A stretch of 64,000 bases of DNA from Octopus sinensis (GCF_006345805.1 NC_042999.1:33108001-33172000); one strand, 5' to 3'; shown: positions 1 through 12,430, counted from the first letter of the stretch. Notes: generated from the sequence alone by a model not told the origin. Numbers and translations: made by a program.

Positions 1-100
1 TTAAAACAAAGAAATATCAATAAAGACTAACTATAATTAAAGCCTAGACTACATAACCAAAAAATATATTATCTAAACTAATTTAAACTAAACTAAAGTA
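1..100 (-). repeat. Inverted copy of 2592-2691 (inverted pseudo-LTR arm of the PLE); runs off the window start
   Basis: 1-100 is the exact reverse complement of 2592-2691 (tactttagtttag...ctttgttttaa). Junction with the PLE ORF at 100/101. Confidence 0.95.
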
Positions 101-109
101 GATTCATCT

Positions 110-1612
110 TTGAAAGATATTCCTATTCCTTCTAGAAAGGAATTTATATTGAAACTTGTTAATAATGTTAAAGATTTTATTTCTAGAATTAAATGGAAAG
201 CTTTTTACTATAATTTTTATTTATTTAATGATATTGATAGTAGGAATGATAATTTTACCTCTAAATTTAAATCTAGAACGGAACCTCCATTTAATAAAGA
301 ATTACAATTACTTGAAGATAGTATATGGAAGGTGGTAAAAAATATTGAATTCCATAAATACCCAAATAGAAATAATGAATATTTAAGGAATTTAGCAATT
401 AAAATTAAAGATATGAGAAATATGGATGGTATTATAGTACCATCTGATAAAACAAGGAACCTATATAAATTAGATGTTAAATTATATGATAAACTATTAG
501 GAAAAGAAATAATTAAAAAATATAAAATTGTTCCAGATGATATTCTTTATAATATTAATAAGGCCTCTAAAGTAGTAATGTTAAAATATGAGTTGGATAA
601 TAAAACTGAACCTTATGTACCTTTGCACCCCAGAATTACTCTTAAAGACTATAAAGATAATTTTTATTCAGACCCTAAAGTTAGATTAATTTGCCCATGT
701 AAATCGGACCTAGGTAAATTAAGTAAATTTATTTTAGATAAATATATTGATAAGTTAAATAAACTTAATTATTTAAAATTATGGTTTGGTAATAATAATA
801 CATTGAAATGGTTTAATAATATTAAAGATAAAAATCGTTATAAATTTATTCAAATAGATATAGATAATTATTATTCTTCTATTAATGAAATTGTGTTTAA
901 TAAAGCGCTTATTTTCGCAATGAATAAAGTGGGTATGTCACGGGAAGAAGTTAATGTAATTAAAATGGCTAGGAAATCGCTAATTAAATATAAAAATAAA
1001 TTATGGGCTAGGAATGATACTAAAGATTGTTTTGATATTGGAGCACCAGATTCTGCACAGGCTACTGATTTAGTAGGTATTTTTCTTTTATCTGAACTCC
1101 AATTAGAAAATCTTAAGATAGAGGGTGGTTTATATAGAGACGATCTTCTACTAGTTACAAAGAATTGTACTAATAGGAATCTAGAAGTATATAAGAAAAA
1201 ACTATATAGTTTCTTTAAAAGATATGGTTTAAGTATTACTATATATAAGGAGAATTATAATGTTAATTATTTAGATGTTAATTTTAATCTTATTACAGGT
1301 AAAACACAACCATATCATAAACTTAATGAGAACCTTAGATATATAAATGTTAATAGTAATCACCCATTTTCTATTAAAAAATCGTTGATTAATAATATAA
1401 GTAAACGTATTTCATTACTCTCTTATGATATAGAGATTTTTAATAAACATGCTAATTATTATAATGAGGCCCTTAGAGGGGCAGGTTATAATAGGAATAT
1501 TAAATTTTATAATATTAGTGATAAAGATTTAACTGATAATTTTCGAGATACTTCTAATAATAATTATAATTTAGGTTTAGTGGTAAAAATAATAGATATT
1601 ATAAAAAAATAA
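110..1612 (+). pseudogene. PLE reverse transcriptase (N-terminal region, RT core, part of thumb), frameshifted from downstream domains
   Basis: SLKDIPIPS, FISRIKWKAF, SDKTRNLY, ITLKDYKDNF..PKVRLICPCKSDLG, DIDNYYSSI, catalytic YRDD (1133-1144), NSNHP, YNEALRGAGY. Confidence 0.92.
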
Positions 1613-1860
1613 TAAAAATGATAAAAATATAAATAAGAATAATAATAATAATAATAAATATAATAATAATAATAATATAAATAAGAATAATAAAAATAAA
1701 ATAAATTTAATAATTATTATAATAATTATATTGATAAAATTAATAATATTAATAATTCCTTAAATGCTGTACATAGATATAATTTTGATAATATTTTAAT
1801 AAAATAAAGAATTATAAATATATTTATAATAATGATAATAATAATAAGGTTATTAAGAAT

Positions 1861-2569
1861 AAAATATGGTTAATAGTTCCTTATGGAGATCAAGTAAAAA
1901 CGAATATTATTAAAGAGATTTTAGATGTTATAGAACTATTTATTAGAGATAATCGTAAATATAGAAACATTTTCTCTTTTAATAATTTTGGAGTTGGTTA
2001 TTCTACCACTAATAATGTTGGTAACATTATTTCTTCATTTAATAAATATAAACTGAATACTTTTTATAAAAAGAAATTATTTGATAATAATATTAATAAT
2101 GATAAGACTTATATTAATTGTACATGCAGAGATAAATCTAATTGTATATTAAATAATAATTGTGATATTAATGATGTAGTGTATAAATGTATAGTTACAT
2201 TACATGATAATAACTTTAAGAATAATAATTACCCAAAAGCGGTTTATATAGGTTCTACTTCCTCAAAAATAAAACTAAGAATCGCACAACATATGAATTC
2301 TTTTAAAAATAAAAACTTAATCAACTCAACCGGACTTAGTAAGTACATTTGGAGTCTTAAATCACTAAATATTAATTATAGTTTAATTTGGGAAATAATT
2401 TGTAAAACTAAATCATATACTAATTGTTAATTGTTGTTATTTATGCTCTAATGAGTTTAAAGAAATTTTATTTTATAAGTATGATAATTTACTTAATACT
2501 GGTGAAGAGCGCAAAATAAAATGCAGACATAAGTTACTTTACCTATATAATAAGTTTCATGATAAATAG
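1861..2569 (+). pseudogene. PLE thumb end, linker and GIY-YIG endonuclease
   Basis: Open frame 1861-2427: KIWLIVPY..., CTCRDKSNC, VVYKC, VYIGSTSSKIKLRIAQH, LSKYIWSLK, WEII. After a +1 shift it continues CCYLCSNE...LLN...KCRHK to TAG at 2567-2569. Confidence 0.9.
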
Positions 2570-4010
2570 CAATAACAGTTCCCTATTAGGTTACTTTAGT
2601 TTAGTTTAAATTAGTTTAGATAATATATTTTTTGGTTATGTAGTCTAGGCTTTAATTATAGTTAGTCTTTATTGATATTTCTTTGTTTTAATTAGTTCAT
2701 TTTTAATGTATATTAATATAACAGTTTATGGTATGTTAAAACTTTAATAATTTATATTAGATTTTTTTATTTTCTTTATTTATATATTTTTTAATTTTTT
2801 TTACTTTTATTTTATTTTATTATGTATTTTTATTATGCATTTGTTATATGTATTTTGGAGGATATATTTATATGTTGATGGGTGTTATTTAGTGGTGTTT
2901 TTATTGAGTTTTGTATGTATGTGTGAATGTTTACGATCCCTTTCTTTTTTGTTTTTTATTTGGTATGTTGAATTGACAGATTTTATTTGGGTATTGTCTG
3001 TTATAATAAAGTATACACACCCATAACAAATATAAGTGCCCACTTCATTCGCGCGTACCTGGAATTGCATGTGAGCCTCAACATATACACCAAACGGCCA
3101 CTCCCGCCCTATACGGACAAATAAACACATACATCCCCAAAAATGGGCGTAATCCCACTCACACCAATCATATGTAGACAATTATACACACTAGAATAAT
3201 ACATAACTAACCCAAATATACAGAACATATTAAAAATCACAAACAAACCACCATCACAAATGAAACCTACACCCATACAATGACAAAACTCCCCCCTCTA
3301 TACCCAATTTACACCCACATAGCAATCCCAATATATTCATCCATACATGGACGCACGTGCGTGAAGCACATGCACACAATAAATACGTACAACCCCCAAT
3401 ACACACTCATATACATACGTATCAAGCTCGACATCCACAGCAATACGCTTACACCCACTCACACCCAGATGGGTGAATTGCACAACCAGTGAACGCACAC
3501 ACACACGTGTGCGTATTTTGATTGTGCAACTCGCCCATATGCATGTATGCGGGCGCGATTACATTGTTGCACATATCGAGCCCAACTAGCATGCATATGT
3601 ACATGTGAGGGGGTACACGTACATGCCGTGCGCGGGTACCCCCTGCATTTATACCCGTGCGTGTATATACACATGGAGACTACCACACAGGTACAAATGT
3701 GTATAGTAATGGGAGCCCCATCACTACACTCAATGTATACTCTCACCCATCCGCACGGATTGGAATTGAATCTCCGGTGTATATGTTGAGGCTTATATGT
3801 AGCGCTGTGGAGTTGAACGTCGTTGAAATTGTGAATGAATGGGTGGAGTTGGGAATTGTAACCGGGTGGTGGGCTAGCGTTGCTTGGAATTGGGAATGGA
3901 ATAGTGTAGTAGTAAGGCAGGCATCGAGAATAGATTTGGGTTACTGCAAGTTGTTTGTTAGAGCTGCTAAGATGAGCTAAAGCTCATAATTGTATATAAT
4001 AATTTATTAT

Positions 4011-5650
4011 GGTAGTTTTATTAAAGAATCCATTCATAATAAATTTTTTTAAGTAGTGTTGGTTTGCCACGTGGATATAGTTTTTAGTTCCATTTATTCT
4101 ATTTCTCCATTCATAATTTTAAATGACGTTTACTTTCCATGGCGCGTATTCTTTTTTTACATAAGTTATATTTCTATGGTAACGTAATTTTGGTTTGGTT
4201 TTTTTAACGGCTAAGAATTTAATTTCACTTCATAATTTGAAACTGACTTGTAAGTATGTATTTTATTTCTCCTTATGTCATATTGTTATTTTTGATATTC
4301 TGGTTAATTACGATGTATTTAATGTTGTTTTTTATTGGAGTGTTTATGTATATGAGATTGTGTGTGAGTTTTTAGTTGTATAATTTATTTATCTGTATGA
4401 GTGTGGGTGTGTAAATATTGTTGTATATATCGAGTTTAGTGAGTATGTATATGCGTATATGTGAGGGAGTATATGTATCTGTTGTGTGTGTGTGTTTTGC
4501 GTGTGTGTGTGTTTGTGTGTGAATGTGTATATGGGTTTGTTATTTAGGTTTTGGGATGTATGTGTTAATTTGTCTGTGTGGGGAGGGAGTGGGTTTTTGG
4601 TGTATATTGAGGTTTATAAGTTAGTATAGGTATGTGTATAAGTCGTGGGTCTGTGGTTTACGTGTGTGTTTTTTGTGTGTGAATGTTTAGGTTAGGGGGA
4701 TTGCTATATAGGTTTGTTATAGAGTTTAGCAAAGGGAGATTTTATCGTTATATGTTTTTAAGAGTTTTGGTTTATCATGGTTTTTTTTAGGGAATTCGTG
4801 GTAATTTGTCTATTTTCGATGTTGGTTGTTTTATTACATTGTTTCATTCATAATCTTTGAGTGGTGTTCGTTTTGCCACGTGAATATTATTTTTAATTCC
4901 ATTTATTCCATTTCTCCATTCATTATTTTAAAAGATGTTCGTTTCCAGAGCGGTTATACTTTTTATACCTATGTAAAGTTTCTTGGTAAAGTAATTTTGT
5001 TTGGTGTATATGTTGAGGCTTATATGTACTTGTGGGTGTGTGTGAGTGGGGTGGATGTTTGTATTTGTTATGGGTGTGTGGTTTACGTGTGTGTATTTGT
5101 GTGTGAATGTATAGGTTAAAGGGATTGCTATATAAGTATGTTATAGTGTTTAGTAAAGGGAGGTTTTATCATTTATGTTTTGTGAGTTTTAGCTTATCAT
5201 GGTAGTTTTATAAAAGAATCCATTCATAATGTTTGTGTTTATTTGTCTGTGTGGGGTTGAGTGGGTTTTTGGAGTATATGTTGAGGTTTATATGTATGTA
5301 TAGGTATGTGTAAGTGGTGTGGGTATTTGTATATGTCGTGGGTGTGTGGTTTACGTGTGTGTATTTGTGTGTGAATGTTTAGGTTAGGGGGATTGCTATA
5401 TAGGTATGTTATAGAGTTTAGTAAAGGGAGATTTTATCATTATATGTTTTTATGAGTTTTGGTTTATCATTGTAGGTTTGTTAAGGAATTCGTAGTAATT
5501 TGTGTCTATTTGCGATGTCTGTTGTTTTATTGCATTGTTTCATTCATAATTTTTAAGTAGTGTTCGTTTTACCAAGTGAATATAATTTTTAATTCCATTT
5601 ATTCCATTTCTCCGTTCATAATTTTAAGTGATGTCCGTTTTTCTAGAGCG
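4011..5650 (+). repeat. Three diverged copies of a composite ~0.7-0.8 kb G/T-rich unit in the PLE tail
   Basis: Block cattcataat...gtgtt(c/g)gttt(t)gccacgtg...ttccatttatt...atttctcc recurs at ~4030, ~4846 and ~5541. Block gtatatgttgagg...gtggtttacgtgtgtgt...gggattgctatata recurs at ~4600, ~5000 and ~5270. Confidence 0.75.
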
Positions 5651-6088
5651 TGAATGTGGGTTGTATGTGTGTGTGTGTGGGAGTATGAATAAGTATTGTG
5701 TTGAAGTATTTAGCTATTTTATTTATTTATAGTTGCCTAGACGTTTTTATGTGTATGTATAGGGATATATATATAGGGGTGTGATTTAGTGTATGTAGTT
5801 AGATATGGTTATATATAATTAGGTATATGTGTTTGGGTGTATATATAGTTTATTATTATATTATTATTATTTTTTTGTTTTGTTTTATATTTTATATTTT
5901 ATATTTTATATTTTATATTTAATTGTTGATAGGTTTATTTTAGTTTATACATTGTTTATATATTGATTATATATGGATTATATATAGGTTATATATGGAT
6001 TATATATTTACATTTTTTCATTCATACTTTAATTATTTTAAAATTATTATTTTTATATTTTAAAATATTGATATTTTAGATTGGAAGT

Positions 6089-6131
6089 CCACCTGAAGAT
6101 TGTCGATCAAGACAAGAAACAATTGTAGTGG
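6089..6131 (+). ncRNA. Minimal type I hammerhead ribozyme
   Basis: CCAC-CTGAAGA-TTGTC(gatcaa)GACAA-GAAA-CAATTG-TA-GTGG: complete CUGANGA/GAAA/UH core, 4-bp stem I, 5-bp stem II, palindromic stem III. Confidence 0.82.
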
Positions 6132-6354
6132 CGGTTTTTTGACTATTTATTAAAATTTTATGTATTGATTAAGTCTTTCCTTGTTTGTTTTGCAAAATAG
6201 TGGTTTTGTCTCTAATAATATTTTATATATATATATATTATATATATATATATATATATACACGTGTGGATATGTATTATTCGTATGGGTATGTATAAAT
6301 ATTTGCATTTATGTCATCATATCCGCTCTATATACCTGAGGTCACTCCTCTCTA

Positions 6355-6830
6355 ACATGCTTCTTATACACCTACCATCCTTTCTGCACACAATTTTATA
6401 CGCTTCCTATCTACCCACTCCACTCCACTTCTTCCCAAACCACCCCTTCATCATACAAATGCGCGAGTAACCTACGTTTCCTACTGATTTATAGCTTCTC
6501 CCACTTTCAAGTGCTAAATTTAGTTTCTCCCCGGACTTTCGTCCACACTGCCACACCTGTCCATCCCTCTCAAACACCTCCGTCCATACCGGTACCTAGC
6601 ATTACCACTAACACATCATCGACACATTCACTTCCTCGTCTACTAATGCGATTTACTGCATATTAGTGCATTTGAGAAGTTTCAATGTTCCGTGCAGATG
6701 CAGATTGCTCTTGCCTGGTTAGCAGTTGAAGATCAGTGAATGACCGATACACCTTTGTTGATTGGTCTGCTTAGGAACCTTCGTGGTGTCCAACAACATT
6801 AACAACTGCAACAAAAACAGCAATGAAGAG
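6355..6830 (+). pseudogene. Decayed 3' end of a second PLE type (Poseidon/Neptune-like thumb-linker-EN)
   Basis: Broken translation TYHPF...HFFPNHPFI...YKCASNLRFLLIYS...HCHTCPSLSNTSVHTG...IDTFTSSSTNAIYCI follows the YHP / FP.PP / YKR..NLRDLLV / C..C / FTC.S.N.IYCI pattern. Ends at (TA)n ~6832. Confidence 0.65.
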
Positions 6831-8399
6831 GTATATATATATATAGAAGTATGTTGAAATGAAAACGCCAGACAAAATACCACAGATCCACATTGACTAT
6901 CCCAGAAATTACAATGCTGGAACATTAGCCAGCTACATATGGCGATTAATATTGTGCGGCACGGCAAAAATAATTTTTTGGACTTTGCTGGGAAAACGTA
7001 AGCAATAATACATCAAAGGAAGCCAAGCGGAGAATAATCCTAAAGGATTCCCACGATCGGGATACCTTCTTGAATTCAATAAATGAAGTTTTTACGAATA
7101 TTCTTATGACAGAATTTTTTCATTTTGGAAACATGGTTTTCTCCATTTGTAATATGAGAAATTTAAGGAAATATACAATGGCGCAGCTGAAACCATTGGG
7201 CGAGGTGCAGCTGAAAGCATTCGGCTACTGCTGGGATCGAACAACAAGAGTCGACTCTTCTTTCCCTCAAACGAAAAGGTAGTTTTTCGTTTCGGTTATT
7301 GTCTACAGCAAGCTGACCAAGTCTGCATAACTATCTCCACTATTATAAAGGCTATGTACTTCCAGCTAGTGTGTCTGGTGTGTATTAAGTCTCGCCAAGT
7401 GAAATAGTAGACATGAAACCTAGCAACTTACAAGATAGTTAAATACCATCTATAGTAACACACTCAAACACACACACACACAGATATAGGCGACTTGTTA
7501 ACTGTATATGTGTGAGTGCGAGAGCACGTACATATTTGTGACTATGTCTGCTTGTGTGTGTGTGTGTGAATGTATTTATGTATATATGTATAATTTTTAT
7601 AAATAAATATGTGTGTATGTATGTATACTGTGTTTATGTATGTATACACATACCCAAATACGCTTATACACGTATATCCATTAATCCTCAAAAGTGACGT
7701 CACTTACTCGCAAATATAAAAATTTCACATCTCTTATACTTCTATGCATGTACATGCCTGCACAAATGCACGCAATGACTTTAAATAATTTAACAGAGTA
7801 ATAATAGATGTACTGAATTTAATTTAATCGTTAAAAAATTTTTTTGCAGCATGTCAAGACGATTTTCTTCGCCTTTTACATTTCCTTTCTTCACGGGAAT
7901 AAATAATTAGAATACGAATTTCGATTCATATGTATATATCTATATTCATATAGTTTTCATCTGTCAATTGTAGTTGCTCATACACAGACTGAGATTATTA
8001 CGATATATATTCTATAAGAACTTCATTATTCTCACTATTAACTTTTGATTAAATTTGGATTTATATTCTATTATGGTTAATATTTGTTTTTTATTAATTT
8101 AATATCTTGTATTACTTGATCTTTGTATATTTATATTTACAATGCTATTTTAGTTAGATCTTTCCTCCATTGTATTCTACCGATTAAATTATATTCGTTT
8201 AGAATAGGTAGAGACATGCCTTGTATGAATATGCTTATATAAATTGTTTCATTTTGTATGTGTCATTGTGTATATTTGCACACGTACGTATATATATATG
8301 GGAGTATTGTATATAGGTGTACGTGTGCGTAGTGCGTACGCGTACTAGTGTGCCTTAAGGCTTTACATGCTAATGTGAGCTGTATGTGTGCATGAGTAC

Positions 8400-8431
<32 letters not shown>

Positions 8432-8520
8432 TGAGAGAAAGAGACAGAGATACTTATATTTATGCATACATATATATATTACATACATATGTATGTTGAT
8501 ATATATATATATATATATAT

Positions 8521-9492
8521 GATAATATTAGGGAGTAAATCAAAACTTACAGGGAAAAATTAGATTCAGTATTAAATCCAATTTTATAGTTTAAATATAT
8601 TATATTATATTATATTAATTTAATATAATATATATATATATATATACATATAAACACGCGTTATTATTTTTAGTTGTATAAGCATTATTATTATTATTAT
8701 TTTACCGTTGTCTTCGCCATGACCTAAAATCATATTCTGTTTATTTATCTGGTTTTTTATCCCTCGTCCCTCCTTGTTTGTTCGTCTTGTGCTTGTTTTA
8801 GTCCCATAGGAAATTTTCATTCTCCTTTCCGTTACTCCACACTTGTCTGTTAGGACATGACTTTTTTGTCGTATATGTATTAATATTTTTATGTTCTATA
8901 TGTATTATTTTCTTTTGCCGTCTTCGCCTGGCGCTAAGGCAATATTTTGTTTACTTATTTTGTCTTATGTCCCTCGATCTTCCCTGCTTGTCCGACTTGT
9001 TCTGTTTTATGTTGGTCGAATTGTCAGCATGTCCTTGCCTGGTTGAGAAAACACAAAAACTCGAGGACGTGGAACAAGTATAGTGTTATTGGATGCTCAG
9101 GATATACACCAATAATTAGGGGTCGAGGACCCAACACACTAAGGGGCAATACTTATCCAATATACTGTTTGTATGCTACCCCATTATTAATACACAAGTA
9201 TTTTTTAATTGCAATGCAAGGAACTTACTTATGGTATTAAATGCGTTAGGTAAAGAAATATTTTACCATCAATTTATATTACAAATAAGAAAATGGAGAA
9301 ACACATCAGTTGGTTATCAGCTTTAGGATATTAGAATGTTGCCTTATTTAATTAATAAAACTTTAACCACAATAACAAAAATATTTACAATATAAAATTC
9401 AATACATTTAAGATAAGAATACAAATATTTATTAAAAGCATTAATATAAAATGTTAGAATCATTAATATTCCTTACAGCCGTTTCACCCTAT

Positions 9493-9530
<38 letters not shown>

Positions 9531-10499
9531 GATAATATTAGGGAGTAAATCAAAACTTACAGGGAAAAATTAGATTCAGTATTAAATCCAATTTTATAGT
9601 TTAAATATATTATATATATTATATTAATTTAATATAATATATATATATATATACATATAAACACGCGTTATTATTTTTAGTTGTATAAGCATTATTATTA
9701 TTATTATTTTACCGTTGTCTTCGCCATGACCTAAAATCATATTCTGTTTATTTATCTGGTTTTTTATCCCTCGTCCCTCCTTGTTTGTTCGTCTTCTGCT
9801 TGTTTTAGTCCCATAGGAAATTTTCATTCTCCTTTCCGTTACTCCACACTTGTCTGTTAGGACATGACTTTTTTGTCGTATATGTATTAATATTTTTATG
9901 TTCTATATGTATTATTTTCTTTTGCCGTCTTCGCCTGGCGCTAAGGCAATATTTTGTTTACTTATTTTGTCTTATGTCCCTCGATCTTCCCTGCTTGTCC
10001 GACTTGTTCTGTTTTATGTTGGTCGAATTGTCAGCATGTCCTTGCCTGGTTGAGAAAACACAAAAACTCGAGGACGTGGAACAAGTATAGTGTTATTGGA
10101 TGCTCAGGATATACACCAAATAATTAGGGGTCGAGGACCCAACACACTAAGGGGCAATACTTATCCAATATACTGTTTGTATGCTACCCCAATTATTAAT
10201 ACACAAGTATTTTTTAATTGCAATGCAAGGAACTTACTTATGGTATTAAATGCGTTAGGTAAAGAAATATTTTACCATCAATTTATATTACAAATAAGAA
10301 AATGGAGAAACACATCAGTTGGTTATCAGCTTTAGGATATTAGAATGTTGCCTTATTTAATTAATAAAACTTTAACCACAATAACAAAAATATTTACAAT
10401 ATAAAATTCAATACATTTAAGATAAGAATACAAATATTTATTAAAAGCATTAATATAAAATGTTAGAATCATTAATATTCCTTACAGCCGTTTCACCCT
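8521..10499. repeat. Near-identical tandem duplication of a ~970-bp unit (8521-9490, 9531-10499), each copy bounded by (TA)n
   Basis: Period 1010 bp. Outside the TA tracts only a handful of differences are visible (e.g. gtcttgtgc vs gtcttctgc; ccaataatt vs ccaaataatt). Confidence 0.97.
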
Positions 10500-10509
10500 A
10501 TATATATAT

Positions 10510-10547
<38 letters not shown>

Positions 10548-11744
10548 CAAATTGAGATAGGGATTGTAAATGCAACCCTCCATGTTCTGCTTTTTACATT
10601 TAACCCTACAGTCTTTTATGTGGTGGTTTAATAAAGTATGCGATTGAGTATTATCTGGTAATTAATATTTGATTTAGATGTATTTCTCCATTTTCTTATC
10701 TTGTATATATATATATATTTATATATATATATACACAAATACCCGTAGATTCATATAGATTCATGCACACTTATACGTACACACATACACACATATTGCT
10801 ATGTATATATAAATATACATACACATAGACACACATATACATCATACACATATATGCATATAAATATAATAGACATTTAATATAACCAAAAGTATAGTAA
10901 TTACCACATCAGTGTAAGTATGATAAAATCAAATGCAACGATCAGAATAAATTGACACGAATAATATGAAAAAAATGTAATTGTATTATTAGTATATTGC
11001 TATGTATGTTTACAGTACAGAAAATATTTATATCTAAAATGTTGACATATTCGAATATGTTTCTCATACCGATTAGTCATATTTACATCATTTTTACTAT
11101 TTTTATTAATGTAAAATGCCTATGATATAGAAAGGCCACATTATCATTTACCACCACTATAAGATTGTGCATAACATGGAATTCGTAATTAATATCATCA
11201 TCCATTTCTTGATGTACAAATTTATTATTAAGTTTATATCTAAATGTAGGTCTATGATTATTCTATTTAATTTTGAATGATGAATGGGATGCACAACTGT
11301 AGACGTAATGATGGTCGGAAAAACGATTAATGTAATTTAATGTTTGGTTTGGCTAGTGGATAGGTCTATAAAGACCAGCGGGGAGACCTTGAGTTGCACT
11401 TTGGAAATTAATTGGTGTCCATCAAAAGCAATAGACATACCTTAAGTTTTAAACAGTGTAATAATTCCATTTTTTATAGCTAACACATTCTACATTACTA
11501 GAATTATGCAGAATAATTAAAGCATTATCCCTACAAAGATTTACACTAATATTCAGAAGGTCATCGTTAATACATTATAATAAAGAAATTCTCACAAGTT
11601 TAGGGATATGAGTTGAATCATTGTATCCCATAGTAATATCGAATATTTTGTGTATCGTTTCAAGTACTAAGTTTGTTGTTAAACTTAATAAAAGTTATCT
11701 TTGCCGTTAAAATATTATCATTTTTATTCCTGTTTAAATTAGAG

Positions 11745-12430
11745 TTTTTCATAGCAAGTATAATAGCCTAACTGAGGAGAATTGGAGAGAAAGAAGAGTA
11801 GTAATTATCAAATTGCAAAAATTTAATATTGATTTTATACTTAATATAAGTAAACCATTTAGTACACTAAATACTTTTAGACCACAGGATGAATAATAAT
11901 TTTCTCTGCAGTGTAGAGATCTATTAATAATATGTTTACTAATCTTCTCAATATCCGATTCAGTCGGGGAAATTAATTTGATAGGTGATTTACTTATAAA
12001 ATTTGATATATGATTTATTCTTGTAATTTTTGATATAAAATCTTCAGCTCTATTTTCTAAATCTTGTGATTTTTCAATACAATGATCTTGTTGATTAATA
12101 TAAACAAATACCGAAGTTTGTGTCAATTTATAATCCTTAATTAGTTCTTTTATTATTAGTTTGTTATAAGTGTTGAGATCAAGACTATTTAATTACTCGT
12201 TTCATCAGACAGACCCAAGATTTCAGGAGCTTTATTTAACTTTGAAAGTAAATCCTTCAATTTACAGAACTGGTTATAATTTTTAAATATATTCTTCTTG
12301 AATTTAATATTTCGTTACAATAGTTATTATATCGTTTTCAAAGTTTTTCAGATTCTGTTTATGTTATTTTTTTCTAGACTTAAATTCTCTTTTAAGAAAA
12401 TTAATTTTGAGGGTTTTAATTTCATATGAT
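11745..12430 (-). pseudogene. Decayed PLE RT fragment related to the element at 110-1612
   Basis: Minus strand gives LSDETSN, LDLNTYNKLIIKELIKDYK, NHISNFISKSPIKLISPTESDIEKISKHII and KWFTYIKYKINIKFLQFDNYYSS, collinear with the first PLE RT. Confidence 0.85.

Larger units (their letters stand above)
101..6224 (+). mobile_element. Penelope-like retroelement with C-terminal GIY-YIG (motifs suggest Hydra clade); long 3' non-coding tail ending in a hammerhead and (TA)n
   Basis: RT ORF, CxCx5C linker (CTCRDKSNC), GIY-YIG domain, inverted terminal copy, hammerhead at 6089-6131 and (TA)n at ~6225. Including 2692-6224 in the element is inference; clade is from recalled motif descriptions. Confidence 0.7.

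Noticed and set aside
110-2569. Selenocysteine or readthrough recoding of the PLE ORF, as reported for some Naiad PLEs
   Set aside because: The interruptions are TAA stops caused by frameshifts, not in-frame TGA.
2835-3980. Cluster of 60-107 aa ORFs in the PLE tail
   Set aside because: They arise from stop-poor CA/GT-biased sequence on both strands, with no protein motifs.
3967-3994. ctaaga-tgagct(aa)agctca-taattgta hairpin resembling the hammerhead at 6089
   Set aside because: GAAA is absent and CUGANGA is incomplete; it cannot be distinguished from a chance hairpin.
7070-7282. 70-codon ORF ending near an AG|GTAGTT donor-like site
   Set aside because: No recognisable motif and no convincing acceptor; the length is expected by chance.
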